DNA of 48,039 nt from an uncultured bacterium (GTDB taxonomy: Bacteria > Abyssobacteria > SURF-5), in assembly GCA_964607485.1 (NCBI GenBank), contig CAZSKP010000027.1, positions 1-48,039 of the forward strand. Direction: 5' to 3'. Below are positions 28,914 through 38,505 of this stretch, in pieces. Numbering within the stretch: the stretch's first letter is position 1; each line of letters begins with the position of its first letter. Both the position numbers and the translations under genes were made by a program. The notes below the pieces were generated by a model, which was given only the letters and a program-made list of their open reading frames with translations, did not search any database and was not told the origin of the DNA.

Positions 28914-29868
28914 TGTTTGCATACACCTCCTTTCTCTGGGAGTTGTTTGTATTCTCTTCTTTTCGAGCTTTCGACATCTGGTGCTTCCAGATTCCCCTCA
29001 GGGCCTGCAAGTCTCCCAGCCTTGCGTTGTCATGTATTTCTCGCATCCTCTTCTCGGTTTCCTCATCATAATAGTTGCAGAGCAGGTCGAAATGGGAGCC
29101 GCAGAATATGTGGTCGTAGCAATCGAAATGTTCCGTTGTGAACGCCGAAAAACTGCCCGCAAGCACCGCGTAAAGCGCCGCCCCCGTGTTGTACCTGTAC
29201 CACTTTCCTTTCATTACCGTTGAATAGGAGAGAAACGGCTCAAAATCGTAGTGCTTTGCCTTGATCCTCCAAATGGCGCTTTGCAGCTTGCGGGCGCTCG
29301 GAATCCACATAAACGAGGTGTGAATCCGCGGCATCAAATATGTCTGCATTATCGGGTCTTCGTAGCCGCCTATGATCCTGCCGGCAATCAAACCGTCAAA
29401 ATCAAAATCTTCGCAATTCTCCCACAAGCATATATCCGGATCGAGGAATATCAGAGGATGCTCGGCCGCCCCGTTTTCAGCCACCGAGCATATTACGTTT
29501 TGGATGAATTGATGATGCACTATGCCCGGTGCAGGGATCTGTTCGAAGAGACAATCATTCTTCTTTGCCAGAGCCTCGATTTCGGGCCGGCTCTCCGGAA
29601 GGCTGGCGTTGTCCACGACAACGATGTTCGCGTTCGGGAAACCAACACGAAGAGTCTTGAAAACAAGTTCGGTTCCATAAAAAAGATTCAGATCTCTGCA
29701 ATATGTTAGTATAAAAACGGTTGGAACAGCTTTAGCGCTACGACCTTATCGTGCCGGCGCTCTGGCAGCTTCCAACCGATCCGCCAATCTCTGGCCAAAT
29801 AGCGTGTTTGTATTCTTCGCCCTGAGCCGCTCAATTACTTCTTGCAGTGTATCTTTTGGTTTCGCCAT
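28906..29868 (-). pseudogene. GT-A-like protein copy 2, interrupted by one in-frame TAA
   Basis: ATG 29868 MAKPKDTL...ARAPAR*GRSAKAVPTVFILTYCRDLNLFYGTEL... continues in frame into ORF 28906-29616; TAA at 29746-29748; clear paralog of 27155-28111. Confidence 0.85.
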
Positions 29869-29915
29869 CTCGGCCCAATTCTTCGACAAGAAACATTTGT
29901 ACCTCTTCAGTCATG

Positions 29916-29931
29916 GCAATATATATGCCAA
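29916..29931 (-). promoter_or_regulatory. sigma54 (-24/-12) promoter upstream of GT-like copy 2
   Basis: TTGGCATATATATTGC matches TGGCAY-N5-TTGC; 48 nt before ATG 29868; AT-rich tract upstream. Confidence 0.75.
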
Positions 29932-30126
29932 TCGACCCCAATCCATCAGGGAATTATTGGCAGCTTAAGTACCTATAAATAAAGGGAATAAGAAATGGTG
30001 ACAAGAATTAGGTATCGGAAGGTTGAGTATCTGTATCAGCAAATGCTTGCCTCTAACAACAGCGCTCCACATATGTCCTGAGTTTGCATCAATGCCGAGC
30101 CTCTATCGATGTCCTACGGCCTCCTC

Positions 30127-31290
30127 TCAAAAAGGGGAGTTGCCCTTGTTCTCGGTTCGTTCCTCTTCGTCACCTTTCGCATAGCATCTCAATGAATTTC
30201 GAAATACGTTGTCAAGGCACTGATTGCACGATATGCACTGCGCCTTCGCCAAGTCACCCGACGCCCACCTCTTGACCAGAGCAGGCTCCCGGATAAAGGG
30301 TCTCGACAGCGAGACAAAATCGGCTGCCCCCTCTTCAAGGATTTCCTCCATAACGCTAAGCGTCCTCATGCCGCCTACAAGGATGACCGGCACATTGACA
30401 GCTTCCTTTATGGCAAAGCCTGAGGTTCGAAAATATGCTTCTCCGCCATATTTGCCCGAGGGCTTGAGCAGCTGGCTTTCCAAACTCCCCAGGAAATACC
30501 GGCTCTCGGGCAATCCTCCTGTCACCTCAATGCAACTAATTCCTGACCCAACGATGATCTCTGCAATCCGAACTGCCTCATCTGTGTCCAGACCGCCAGG
30601 GATGAAATCATCACAGTTCATCTTGATCATGACGGGATAATTCTCATCGAGGAGTTCCCTCACTCGCTCAACGATTTCCGTGATAAATCTTGCCCGGTTT
30701 TCAGTGCTGCCCCCGTACTGGTCCGTTCGATTGTTAAGATAGGGCGAAATAAAGCTGCTGATCAAAAATCCATGGCCCCCGTGCAGTTGAACGGCGTCAA
30801 AACCCGATTCCATCACTCGACGGCAGGCCTGTGCAAAATCCTCAACAACGTGTCCTATTTCCTCAACCGACATTGTGCGAGCAACGACATCTCCGCGCTT
30901 ATCCTTAATATCAGATGAAGAGATGGGCGTGTCACCTCTCAGAACTGGATTGTCCCGACCGCCCGGATGAGTGATCTGCATAGCGATCTTTGCGCCGCAC
31001 TCATGCACTCTCTTGGTCACGCTCTTCCACGCACCGATCTCGTTGTCATCATCCATCGCGAAGGGAGTGGGCGCTCTTCCGGCCAAGCGGAAATTCTTAT
31101 GCCTTTTGACAAAAGCTCCGCCGGTAATGACGAGCCCCACACCTCCATTCGAGAGGTCTTCGTACAGTCTGCGAAGTTCGTCGCTCGGTCCCCAGTTCGA
31201 TGTCCCCATCCCTTCGTACGTGGCCGAACGCACAAACCTATTCTTGATTTCAAGCTTGTCGATCCACGCCGGCGTGAATAATATAGACAC
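30127..31290 (-). CDS. NADH:flavin oxidoreductase (Old Yellow Enzyme family)
   Basis: KNRFVRSAT, GFDAVQLHGGHGFL, NNRTDQYGGS.ENRAR, CISCNQC; GTG start after AAGGAG. Confidence 0.92.
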   Translation of the reverse strand: MSILFTPAWIDKLEIKNRFVRSATYEGMGTSNWGPSDELRRLYEDLSNGGVGLVITGGAFVKRHKNFRLAGRAPTPFAMDDDNEIGAWKSVTKRVHECGAKIAMQITHPGGRDNPVLRGDTPISSSDIKDKRGDVVARTMSVEEIGHVVEDFAQACRRVMESGFDAVQLHGGHGFLISSFISPYLNNRTDQYGGSTENRARFITEIVERVRELLDENYPVMIKMNCDDFIPGGLDTDEAVRIAEIIVGSGISCIEVTGGLPESRYFLGSLESQLLKPSGKYGGEAYFRTSGFAIKEAVNVPVILVGGMRTLSVMEEILEEGAADFVSLSRPFIREPALVKRWASGDLAKAQCISCNQCLDNVFRNSLRCYAKGDEEERTENKGNSPF

Positions 31291-31380
31291 TGAAATCTCC
31301 TTGTATATAATCAACTTCCATTTGAACCTTCTGAACCCACTAATTATAGAGTATTAACGACAGAAAGTTAATCCTCCGGT

Positions 31381-31498
31381 GGAAATTCTGTCCCTATTCT
31401 GATATGCTCCTGCCCGTCATGCTTCTTCAGGCAGTTCTGTCTGGAACCACAAGAGACGGGCATAAGGAGAAAGAGCCATGGGAGTCTTCACGGGCAAA
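31381..31498 (+). repeat. Direct repeat copy B (native SDR leader and start)
   Basis: Matches 28480-28597; contains the stem TGCCCGTC...GACGGGCA just before the RBS TAAGGAG. Confidence 0.92.
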
Positions 31499-32296
31499 GT
31501 CGCCATCGTAACGGGCGGAGCTTCCGGCATCGGCCGGGCCGTGGGAGAAGAGCTGGCGCGCCGCGGAGCCAAGGTGGTTCTCGCAGATGTGAACGCCGGA
31601 TTGCTCGACGAAACCGCTGCGTCGATGGCGGATGCCGGTTACCGGGCGAAGACCGTATCCCTCGACGTCACCGATTTCGAAGCGGTCAAGATGATGGTGG
31701 ACGACACGGTCGCAGAATACGGGAGGCTGGACTATATCTTCAACAACGCGGGCGTCGTCACGTTCGGCGAGGCCCGGGACCTTTCGTACGACGATTGGCG
31801 CAGGGTCATCGACACGGATTTGTATGGGGTGGTCAATGGCGTGATGGCGGCCTACCCCGTCATGGTGAAGCAGGGGTTCGGGCACATCGTAAACACCGCA
31901 TCTCTTGCGGGACTGGTCCCCGCAACGGGGATAGTGCCGTATGTTACGGGCAAGTACGGCGTGGTCGGTCTCTCAAACGCGCTCCGCTCGGAGGGCGCCG
32001 ACCTCGGCGTCAAGGTCAGTGTGGTGTGTCCCGGCCTGATAGATACACCGATGAAGAACAGCAAAGTAATCAAGGTGGACCGCGAAAAGCTGCTTGCGGC
32101 GGTGCCCAAACTGCTGCCCGTCGAGAAATGCGCCGAGGTAATACTCCGGGGAGTCGAGCGCAATAAGGCGATTATCGTGGTGACGGGCGAGGCAAAACTC
32201 TACTGGGTGTTACACCGTCTCAGCCCCACACTCGTGATGTGGTTCATCAGGACGGTCCACACGAAGAAGCTTCGGAAAATTCGCGTCGAGGACTAG
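31478..32296 (+). CDS. Short-chain dehydrogenase/reductase
   Basis: TGGASGIG, NNAG, YVTGK (YxxxK), CPG. Confidence 0.93.
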   Translation: MGVFTGKVAIVTGGASGIGRAVGEELARRGAKVVLADVNAGLLDETAASMADAGYRAKTVSLDVTDFEAVKMMVDDTVAEYGRLDYIFNNAGVVTFGEARDLSYDDWRRVIDTDLYGVVNGVMAAYPVMVKQGFGHIVNTASLAGLVPATGIVPYVTGKYGVVGLSNALRSEGADLGVKVSVVCPGLIDTPMKNSKVIKVDREKLLAAVPKLLPVEKCAEVILRGVERNKAIIVVTGEAKLYWVLHRLSPTLVMWFIRTVHTKKLRKIRVED

Positions 32297-32455
32297 CATG
32301 GCCTGATGCGTGGCGGCCAAGTTTCAATTGACGACACTCGCATTTACCTGAACGTTTACCGCGAGTACCCGCTGCCGAGCGCCCGCAACCTCGTCGTTCC
32401 GGTCAAACTGTGGGTGTGGTAATCAACGGCAGGCAGGGCCCGCATCCTCATGCCC

Positions 32456-32531
32456 TGGTAGCGGTGGAGGGATTCGAACCCCCGACCCAAGGATTATGAT
32501 TCCTCTGCTCTACCAGCTGAGCTACACCGCC
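32456..32531 (-). tRNA. tRNA with CAT anticodon, most likely elongator tRNA-Met
   Basis: GGCGGTGTAGCTCAGCTGGTAGAGC...ATCATAA...GGTTCGAATCC...CCGCTACCA; 76 nt, encoded CCA, paired 1:72 so not initiator. Confidence 0.95.
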
Positions 32532-32685
32532 ATTTTCGGAAAAATTATAGCAGTCTATGACGCGCCTTGTCAATACAACTGCGGGCGCTTCAGTCCTGCC
32601 GGCATCTCCGCGAAAATGTCCTCCAATGCTCGGGAAACTCTCAGGCGTGCGGAGGATTAGAATGGGCTGAATGGCGACCGCCGCG

Positions 32686-34257
32686 TCACTGTTTGCTGAA
32701 TGAAACGGTGTCGGAACTGATTACCGCCCCGCCGGCGTCCAGCGCCTCCACCGTCACGTCGTAATTGCCCGATGCCAGAGGCCGCAAAGGGTGCCTCGTA
32801 TAGTAGGTGTCGGTGGTGACGAGGGTCATCGTTCCTCCGCCGGGAGGCGTGGCCCTGATTCGATAGCTGGAAGCGCCTTCGACCGGATTCCAAAGGAGTG
32901 CGATGAGGGCATCGAAGGTAAACTGAATTCCTTCGGGCGGCGAGATTATTTTCAGAACATCAGTCGGGGGCGGCGGCACGGCCAGCAGCTGCTCGCAATC
33001 CGCGCGGCCAAAGCCTGAGAACTCGTCCCACCCGGCCGGGGCGAGGTCGATGTTCCCCGCCTGCAGCATCCACCGGACCTGCCAGTTCTGTATGCCGGAA
33101 TACGTAGAATAGAGCAGAGCGGCGAGGCCGGCCACGTGCGGCGTGGCCATCGAGGTTCCCGACCAGCCGACGGATTCATAGAATCCTCCCAGCACCGTCG
33201 AGAGGATGTTTACGCCGGGGGCGCTGACTTCAACAAACTCGTTGTGAGTGGAAAATGTGGCGACGTTATCGCTGCTGTTTGTGGCCGCCACCGACATGGC
33301 GAACACGTATCCTGCGGGATAGACGATCGGGTTGCCGTATTGGGCCTCATTTCCCGAGGCCGCCGCGATGAAAACGTTGTGGTTCCAGGCGTATTTCAGG
33401 GCGTTGTATTCAGTCAAACTCCTGTCCGTGCCGCCGAGGCTCAGGTTTATGACGTTCGCGCCGTTGTCGGTCGCATAGACGATACCCTCGGCCAGGTCGC
33501 TCGTGTACCCGATCCCCACTCTTCCCCCAAGCACGCGCACGGCCATGAGCTTCGCTCCCGGCGCAATGCCGGTGATGCCCTCGCTATTATCCTGCTCGGC
33601 CGCGATTGTGCCCGAGACATGGCTGCCGTGGCCGACGTAGATGTCGTCGGGGATGGGGTCTTCCGCGGCCGGAAGAGGAAGCAGGCCGTCGCCGGCGAAG
33701 TCGTACCCGTTGATATCGTCCACATATCCGTTGCCGTCGTCGTCGATGCCGTTTCCGGGAATCTCACCGGGGTTCACCCAAAGCTGGTCGACGAGGTCGG
33801 GGTGGTCGAGGTCGATTCCAGTGTCAAGCACGGCGATGACCACATCCGGCTGGCCCTTCTCAAGGTCCCAGCACGCGGGCATGTTCATGAGAGCCATATC
33901 CCACTGTGAGGGAAACATCGGGTCGTTGGGCTCGTAGGCGGCGAAGCGGAGACGGTCGGGCTCGGCAAATTCGATGAGGTCATTCGCGATGAGCCTCTTG
34001 ACGACGGTGCGAGCTTTCTGTCCCTCGGGAATCCGAAAGCGAAACACGCCGATTCGAGGAATCGTCCGGTCCAGTTGCAGGTTATGGGAAATCGCGAAGT
34101 TCCTCAATCTTCTCTGCGAGGGGAATTTCTTGAATTTCACCAGGACACGGTTCGCATCATGCATATCGCCGAATTCGCCTGCTCCCAGGGCGTGCCCAGT
34201 CAGGAGCAGGAGCAAAGCGGCGCCAATGAGAACGACCCTGCAACACAGACTCTTCAT
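32686..34257 (-). CDS. Secreted subtilisin-like serine peptidase (S8)
   Basis: Signal peptide, prodomain, catalytic VLDTG / HGSHVSG / GTSMATP. Confidence 0.95.
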   Translation of the reverse strand: MKSLCCRVVLIGAALLLLLTGHALGAGEFGDMHDANRVLVKFKKFPSQRRLRNFAISHNLQLDRTIPRIGVFRFRIPEGQKARTVVKRLIANDLIEFAEPDRLRFAAYEPNDPMFPSQWDMALMNMPACWDLEKGQPDVVIAVLDTGIDLDHPDLVDQLWVNPGEIPGNGIDDDGNGYVDDINGYDFAGDGLLPLPAAEDPIPDDIYVGHGSHVSGTIAAEQDNSEGITGIAPGAKLMAVRVLGGRVGIGYTSDLAEGIVYATDNGANVINLSLGGTDRSLTEYNALKYAWNHNVFIAAASGNEAQYGNPIVYPAGYVFAMSVAATNSSDNVATFSTHNEFVEVSAPGVNILSTVLGGFYESVGWSGTSMATPHVAGLAALLYSTYSGIQNWQVRWMLQAGNIDLAPAGWDEFSGFGRADCEQLLAVPPPPTDVLKIISPPEGIQFTFDALIALLWNPVEGASSYRIRATPPGGGTMTLVTTDTYYTRHPLRPLASGNYDVTVEALDAGGAVISSDTVSFSKQ

Positions 34258-34434
34258 ATTGTCCTCCCAGCAACTCGTACAAGGTTGGAACTAGTTTACA
34301 TCAAAAGGCTTCGGTTGGCAAGTTTTCAGGACATCCCGCGCTCGTTGGGGCGTAATTGACGGTCGGGAGCGTGTCGGTTATAATAAGCTTCGTTTCTTGC
34401 CCCCTCCGCGCCGGAAGTGAATATTTGACTGCAG

Positions 34435-36210
34435 ATGTTTGAAGACCTCCGAACCCTCAAACCATATGTCCGCCGCTATGTCGGCGCCTACGTGCTGGGG
34501 TGCGCCTGCCTGCTCGTCTCCAACGGGCTGGCGCTCGTCATCCCGTGGCTGACGAAGCAGACGATAGAGCATTTACAGCACGTCAAGGGCTCTGCTGAAC
34601 TGGGGAAACCCCATCTCTACGCGCTGATGATACTGGTCGTGGCGGCGGCGCAGATGGTGATAAGAACGGGCTCGCGGTGGTTTTTGCTGGGCAACAGCCG
34701 CAAGGTGGCGCGCGACATGCGCGACGACCTGTTTGCCCACCTCCAGCGCCTGGCTCCATCGTACTATGTCCGCATGCCCACCGGCGACCTGATGTCCCGC
34801 GCGGTCAATGACATGCAATATGTCCAGAGCCTCGTCGGGCCGGTCATCCTGTACTGTACGAGCACCTTAATCTTATATGTGGGCGCGATTCCCATAATGC
34901 TCTACATGAACGTCGAGCTCACGCTTCTTGCGCTCATCCCCTACCCGATGTTCATGGTCGTGTTCAAGAAGTTCGCCGCCGTGCTGTTCCATCGGTCGCG
35001 CGTGGTGCAGGAACGGCTTGCCGATGTAAGCGCCCGCGCGCAGGAAAGCATCTCGGGAATTCAGATCATCAAGGCATACGTGCAGGAAGAGAGCGAGGCG
35101 AAGCACTTCCGCAGGCTGAGCGAGGATTACCTCTCGAGCAATGTCGGCCTGATAAAGGTGCACGGCCTGCTCATGCCGATGATAACGCTGGTCAGTTCTC
35201 TGGGAATGTTGGTCGTCATCTGGGTCGGCGGAAGGCGCGTGATAGGAGGCCAAATAACGCTGGGCGATTTCGTCGCATTCAGCGAGTACCTTGTGATCCT
35301 GGCGATGCCGACGGCATTCCTTGGGATGATTATAAGCGCCTCTCAGCGGGGACTCTCGTCGCTCCACCGCGTCAACGAGGTGTTCAAGGAGCAGCCGTCG
35401 ATTGTTGACGGCCCGACGGCTCGTCCCTTCAGCATCGAGCGGGGCGAGATCGAGATACGGAATCTTTCGTTTTCCTATCCTTCGACCGACAACAACGGGA
35501 TGAACGGGAGGTTTGCCCTCCGGAACATCAACCTCCGCATCCCCGCCGGCACAACTCTCGCCATCGTCGGGCATACGGGCTCGGGCAAGACCACGCTCAT
35601 CAACTTGATTGCAAGGTTCCTCGAGACCGAGCCCGAAGCGGTGTTCATAGACGGCAGAGACATCATCACTATACCGCTCGCAGAAGTGCGAGCGAAGACG
35701 GGACTCGTCCCTCAGGAGAGCTTTCTGTTCTCTATCACACTGGGCGAAAACATCTCATTCGGCGCGCCCGACGCCGGGGAAGCCGCCGTAGAGGCCGCCG
35801 CCCGAACGGCTGGCCTGATGCCCGACGTCGAGATGTTCCCCAAAGCGTTCGACACGCTCATCGGCGAGCGGGGCATAAACCTGTCGGGCGGCCAGCGGCA
35901 GAGAACGGCTCTCGCGCGGGCGCTCCTGTCGAATCCGAAGATACTGATTCTGGACGACGCATTCTCGAGCGTTGACACTCACACCGAGGAACAAATATTG
36001 AGAAACCTGAAGGATGTTCTCCACGGGAGGACGACCATAATGATTTCGCATCGCGTGTCAACCGTCAAGGACGCCGACAAGATCGTGGTGATGCAGGAAG
36101 GCCGAATCGTGGAGGAGGGCGACCACGATGCGCTCATCGAGAGGGACGGCATCTATGCCGACCTCTATCAGAAGCAACTATTGATGGAAGAACTGGAGAG
36201 AATGGGATAA
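34435..36210 (+). CDS. ABC transporter permease/ATP-binding subunit (MdlA-like)
   Basis: TM domain, GHTGSGKT, LSGGQRQR, degenerate LILDD Walker B. Confidence 0.93.
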   Translation: MFEDLRTLKPYVRRYVGAYVLGCACLLVSNGLALVIPWLTKQTIEHLQHVKGSAELGKPHLYALMILVVAAAQMVIRTGSRWFLLGNSRKVARDMRDDLFAHLQRLAPSYYVRMPTGDLMSRAVNDMQYVQSLVGPVILYCTSTLILYVGAIPIMLYMNVELTLLALIPYPMFMVVFKKFAAVLFHRSRVVQERLADVSARAQESISGIQIIKAYVQEESEAKHFRRLSEDYLSSNVGLIKVHGLLMPMITLVSSLGMLVVIWVGGRRVIGGQITLGDFVAFSEYLVILAMPTAFLGMIISASQRGLSSLHRVNEVFKEQPSIVDGPTARPFSIERGEIEIRNLSFSYPSTDNNGMNGRFALRNINLRIPAGTTLAIVGHTGSGKTTLINLIARFLETEPEAVFIDGRDIITIPLAEVRAKTGLVPQESFLFSITLGENISFGAPDAGEAAVEAAARTAGLMPDVEMFPKAFDTLIGERGINLSGGQRQRTALARALLSNPKILILDDAFSSVDTHTEEQILRNLKDVLHGRTTIMISHRVSTVKDADKIVVMQEGRIVEEGDHDALIERDGIYADLYQKQLLMEELERMG

Positions 36211-36278
36211 GAAAGACAGGGGGAAAAGGGAAAAAGGGGAAACCCGAAATTCGAGACCCTGAACCCTGAACCAATCAT

Positions 36279-38090
36279 ATGCACGGACTGGGAATCGGGA
36301 CATATCACGAGGAAGAGGCCCTCGGAAAGGCGTACGACGCGCGGCTCGTGAGGCGGCTGTGGGAATATATGAGGCCTTACAAGATGCGAATCCTCGCCTC
36401 GCTCGGCTTGATGATTCTCGTCTCCGCGTTCCAGTTGCTGCAGCCGTACCTTGTCAAGATCGCCATCGACTCGCACATCCTCACCGGCGAGATCAAAGGA
36501 CTGAACACCGTCGCCTTGATTTTCTTGGCGGCCATGGCGGGCGAATTCGTCTCCCGTTATTCGGAAGGGGTGATGACGGAGAAGACGGGCCAGTTCGTCA
36601 TCTTCGACCTGAGGATGGAAATCTTCGAGCACATCCTGAAGAGGCCGGCCCGTTTCTTCGACAGGACGCCCATCGGCAGGTTGATCACGAGGGTCACGAC
36701 CGACGTCGAGGCGCTCGACCAGATGTTCGCGTACGGGGTGGTTACCGTTCTGGGCGATGTGGTGAAGATAGTCGCCATCGTGGCCATCCTTTTCATCGTC
36801 GATTTTCGGCTGTCGCTGGTCACCTTCACGATCGTGCCGTTCCTGCTCGCTTCAACGATGTTCTTCCGGCTCAAGGCGCGCGACGCGTTCCGGTCGATAC
36901 GCGTCCTGCTCGCGAAACTGAACTCGCTGCTTCACGAGAACATTAACGGAATGGGAATCGTGCAGATGTTTGCCCGCGAGCGCACGAACCGGCGTCAGTT
37001 CAAATCGGTGAACACCGACCTGATGGGCGCGCAGCTCCTCTCGGTCTTCTACGAATCCGGCCTGTCGGCGCTGGTCGAATTCATGGGCTCCGTCGGGCTG
37101 GCCCTCATCCTCTGGTACGGCGGCGGGCAGATAGTGCGAGGCGCCCTCACATTCGGCTCGCTCGTCCTGTTCATCAAGCTCGTCGGCAGATTCTTCGAGC
37201 CAATATTCAGCCTGAGCCAGCAGTACACGATCATGCAGTCGGCGATGGCCGCGTCGGAACGAATCTTCAAACTGCTCGACACTCATGAGCAGATAGAGAG
37301 CCCTCCAGAGCCTGCGCCGCTGGACACCGTGCGGGGAGAGATAGAATTCCGGGACGTGTGGTTCGGTTACAAAGAGGACGAGCCGGTCATACGCGGAGTC
37401 TCTTTTAAAATAGCGCCCGGCGAGAAGCTCGCGATAGTGGGCGCAACCGGCGCGGGCAAGACCAGCCTGATAAAACTGCTCACGCGCATGTACGACGTGG
37501 ACGGAGGGAGCATCCTCATCGACGGGAAAAACATCCGCAACGTGGAAAAGCACGAGCTGAGGAGAAACGTCGCGATGGTGCTCCAGGACGTGTTCCTCTT
37601 CTCGGGCGACGTCGAATCGAACATCAGAATCGGCAACGACGCCATTTCGGCCCAGAAGGTGCAGGAGGCGGCGCGCAAGGCCAACGTCGAGGCCTTCATC
37701 GACCGGTTCCCCCACCGCTACAACGAGCCGGTCAGGGAGAGGGGCAAGAACCTTTCGAGCGGAGAGAAGCAGCTCATCTCATTCGCGCGTGCGCTGGCGT
37801 ACGAGCCGAAGATTCTCGTGCTCGACGAGGCCACCTCGAACGTGGACACCAACACCGAACGACTGATACAGCAGGCGGTCCGCCAGCTCATGGAGGGGAG
37901 AACGTCCATCGTCATCGCGCACCGGCTCTCGACCATCAAGGGGGTGAACCGGATTCTCGTCATGCACAAAGGCCAGATCGTCGAGGAAGGAACTCATGCC
38001 GAGCTGATAGCAAAGAAGGGAATCTACTACCGCCTCTACCTGCTGCAATACAAAGGCCAGGAGAGCAGGGTTGAGAAAGGGCCTACTTGA
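36279..38090 (+). CDS. ABC transporter permease/ATP-binding subunit (MdlB-like)
   Basis: GATGAGKT, LSSGEKQ, LVLDEATS, IAHRLST. Confidence 0.93.
   Translation: MHGLGIGTYHEEEALGKAYDARLVRRLWEYMRPYKMRILASLGLMILVSAFQLLQPYLVKIAIDSHILTGEIKGLNTVALIFLAAMAGEFVSRYSEGVMTEKTGQFVIFDLRMEIFEHILKRPARFFDRTPIGRLITRVTTDVEALDQMFAYGVVTVLGDVVKIVAIVAILFIVDFRLSLVTFTIVPFLLASTMFFRLKARDAFRSIRVLLAKLNSLLHENINGMGIVQMFARERTNRRQFKSVNTDLMGAQLLSVFYESGLSALVEFMGSVGLALILWYGGGQIVRGALTFGSLVLFIKLVGRFFEPIFSLSQQYTIMQSAMAASERIFKLLDTHEQIESPPEPAPLDTVRGEIEFRDVWFGYKEDEPVIRGVSFKIAPGEKLAIVGATGAGKTSLIKLLTRMYDVDGGSILIDGKNIRNVEKHELRRNVAMVLQDVFLFSGDVESNIRIGNDAISAQKVQEAARKANVEAFIDRFPHRYNEPVRERGKNLSSGEKQLISFARALAYEPKILVLDEATSNVDTNTERLIQQAVRQLMEGRTSIVIAHRLSTIKGVNRILVMHKGQIVEEGTHAELIAKKGIYYRLYLLQYKGQESRVEKGPT
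37920..38063 (+). repeat. Direct repeat copy 1: 48 codons near the 3' end of the ABC gene
   Basis: 144 bp, 11 differences versus 38823-38966, all synonymous. Confidence 0.95.
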
Positions 38091-38505
38091 CAGCTTCAAC
38101 CCAGACCACGTTTTTCCTGAAAGGACTCTTCTTCATGGCGTCATGGAGGGTGCGGTCTGCCGTTACCATCCTGCCTTTCAGAAGAGCCGCAAGCGCAACG
38201 TATAGGCAGTCATATACGCTCCGCTCTGTCTGGTTGGCAATGGCGAAGGCGGAATCGAGAAATGATATGAACGGATGATATTGTACGGGATACTGGCGGA
38301 TTGCGCTTCTCACGTCGCTTCCCTCCGCAGGGCTGACGGCATTGCGCCGTATCCACTTGCAGATTATGCTATCCATCTCCAGCAGCAAAAAGTCGGGCGC
38401 ATGGAGTTGGTTTTTTTCGTCCAACACCGAAAGCGCGGCATCGGCGTGTTCCTCCTTAATGAACCATTTCGCGGCTACGCTCGCATCTACGATGAACACG
38501 CTCAC
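38083..38505 (-). CDS. vapC: VapC/FitB-like PIN domain toxin
   Basis: IVDASVAAKW, E, SVYDCLY, VTAD acidic PIN residues. Confidence 0.9.
   Translation of the reverse strand: MSVFIVDASVAAKWFIKEEHADAALSVLDEKNQLHAPDFLLLEMDSIICKWIRRNAVSPAEGSDVRSAIRQYPVQYHPFISFLDSAFAIANQTERSVYDCLYVALAALLKGRMVTADRTLHDAMKKSPFRKNVVWVEAVK

Noticed and set aside
16712-29931. Calling the cluster a lasso peptide or PQQ locus
   Set aside because: No lasso cyclase or B2 protease, no pqqB/pqqC, and the peptides do not resemble PqqA
32686-34257. S8 subtilase as the RiPP leader protease
   Set aside because: Separated from the cluster by unrelated genes and the tRNA, and the cluster has its own peptidase candidate; not excluded, but unsupported
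36211-36278. Short degenerate repeats between the ABC genes
   Set aside because: Low-complexity 7-9 nt repeats with no cargo or clear structure
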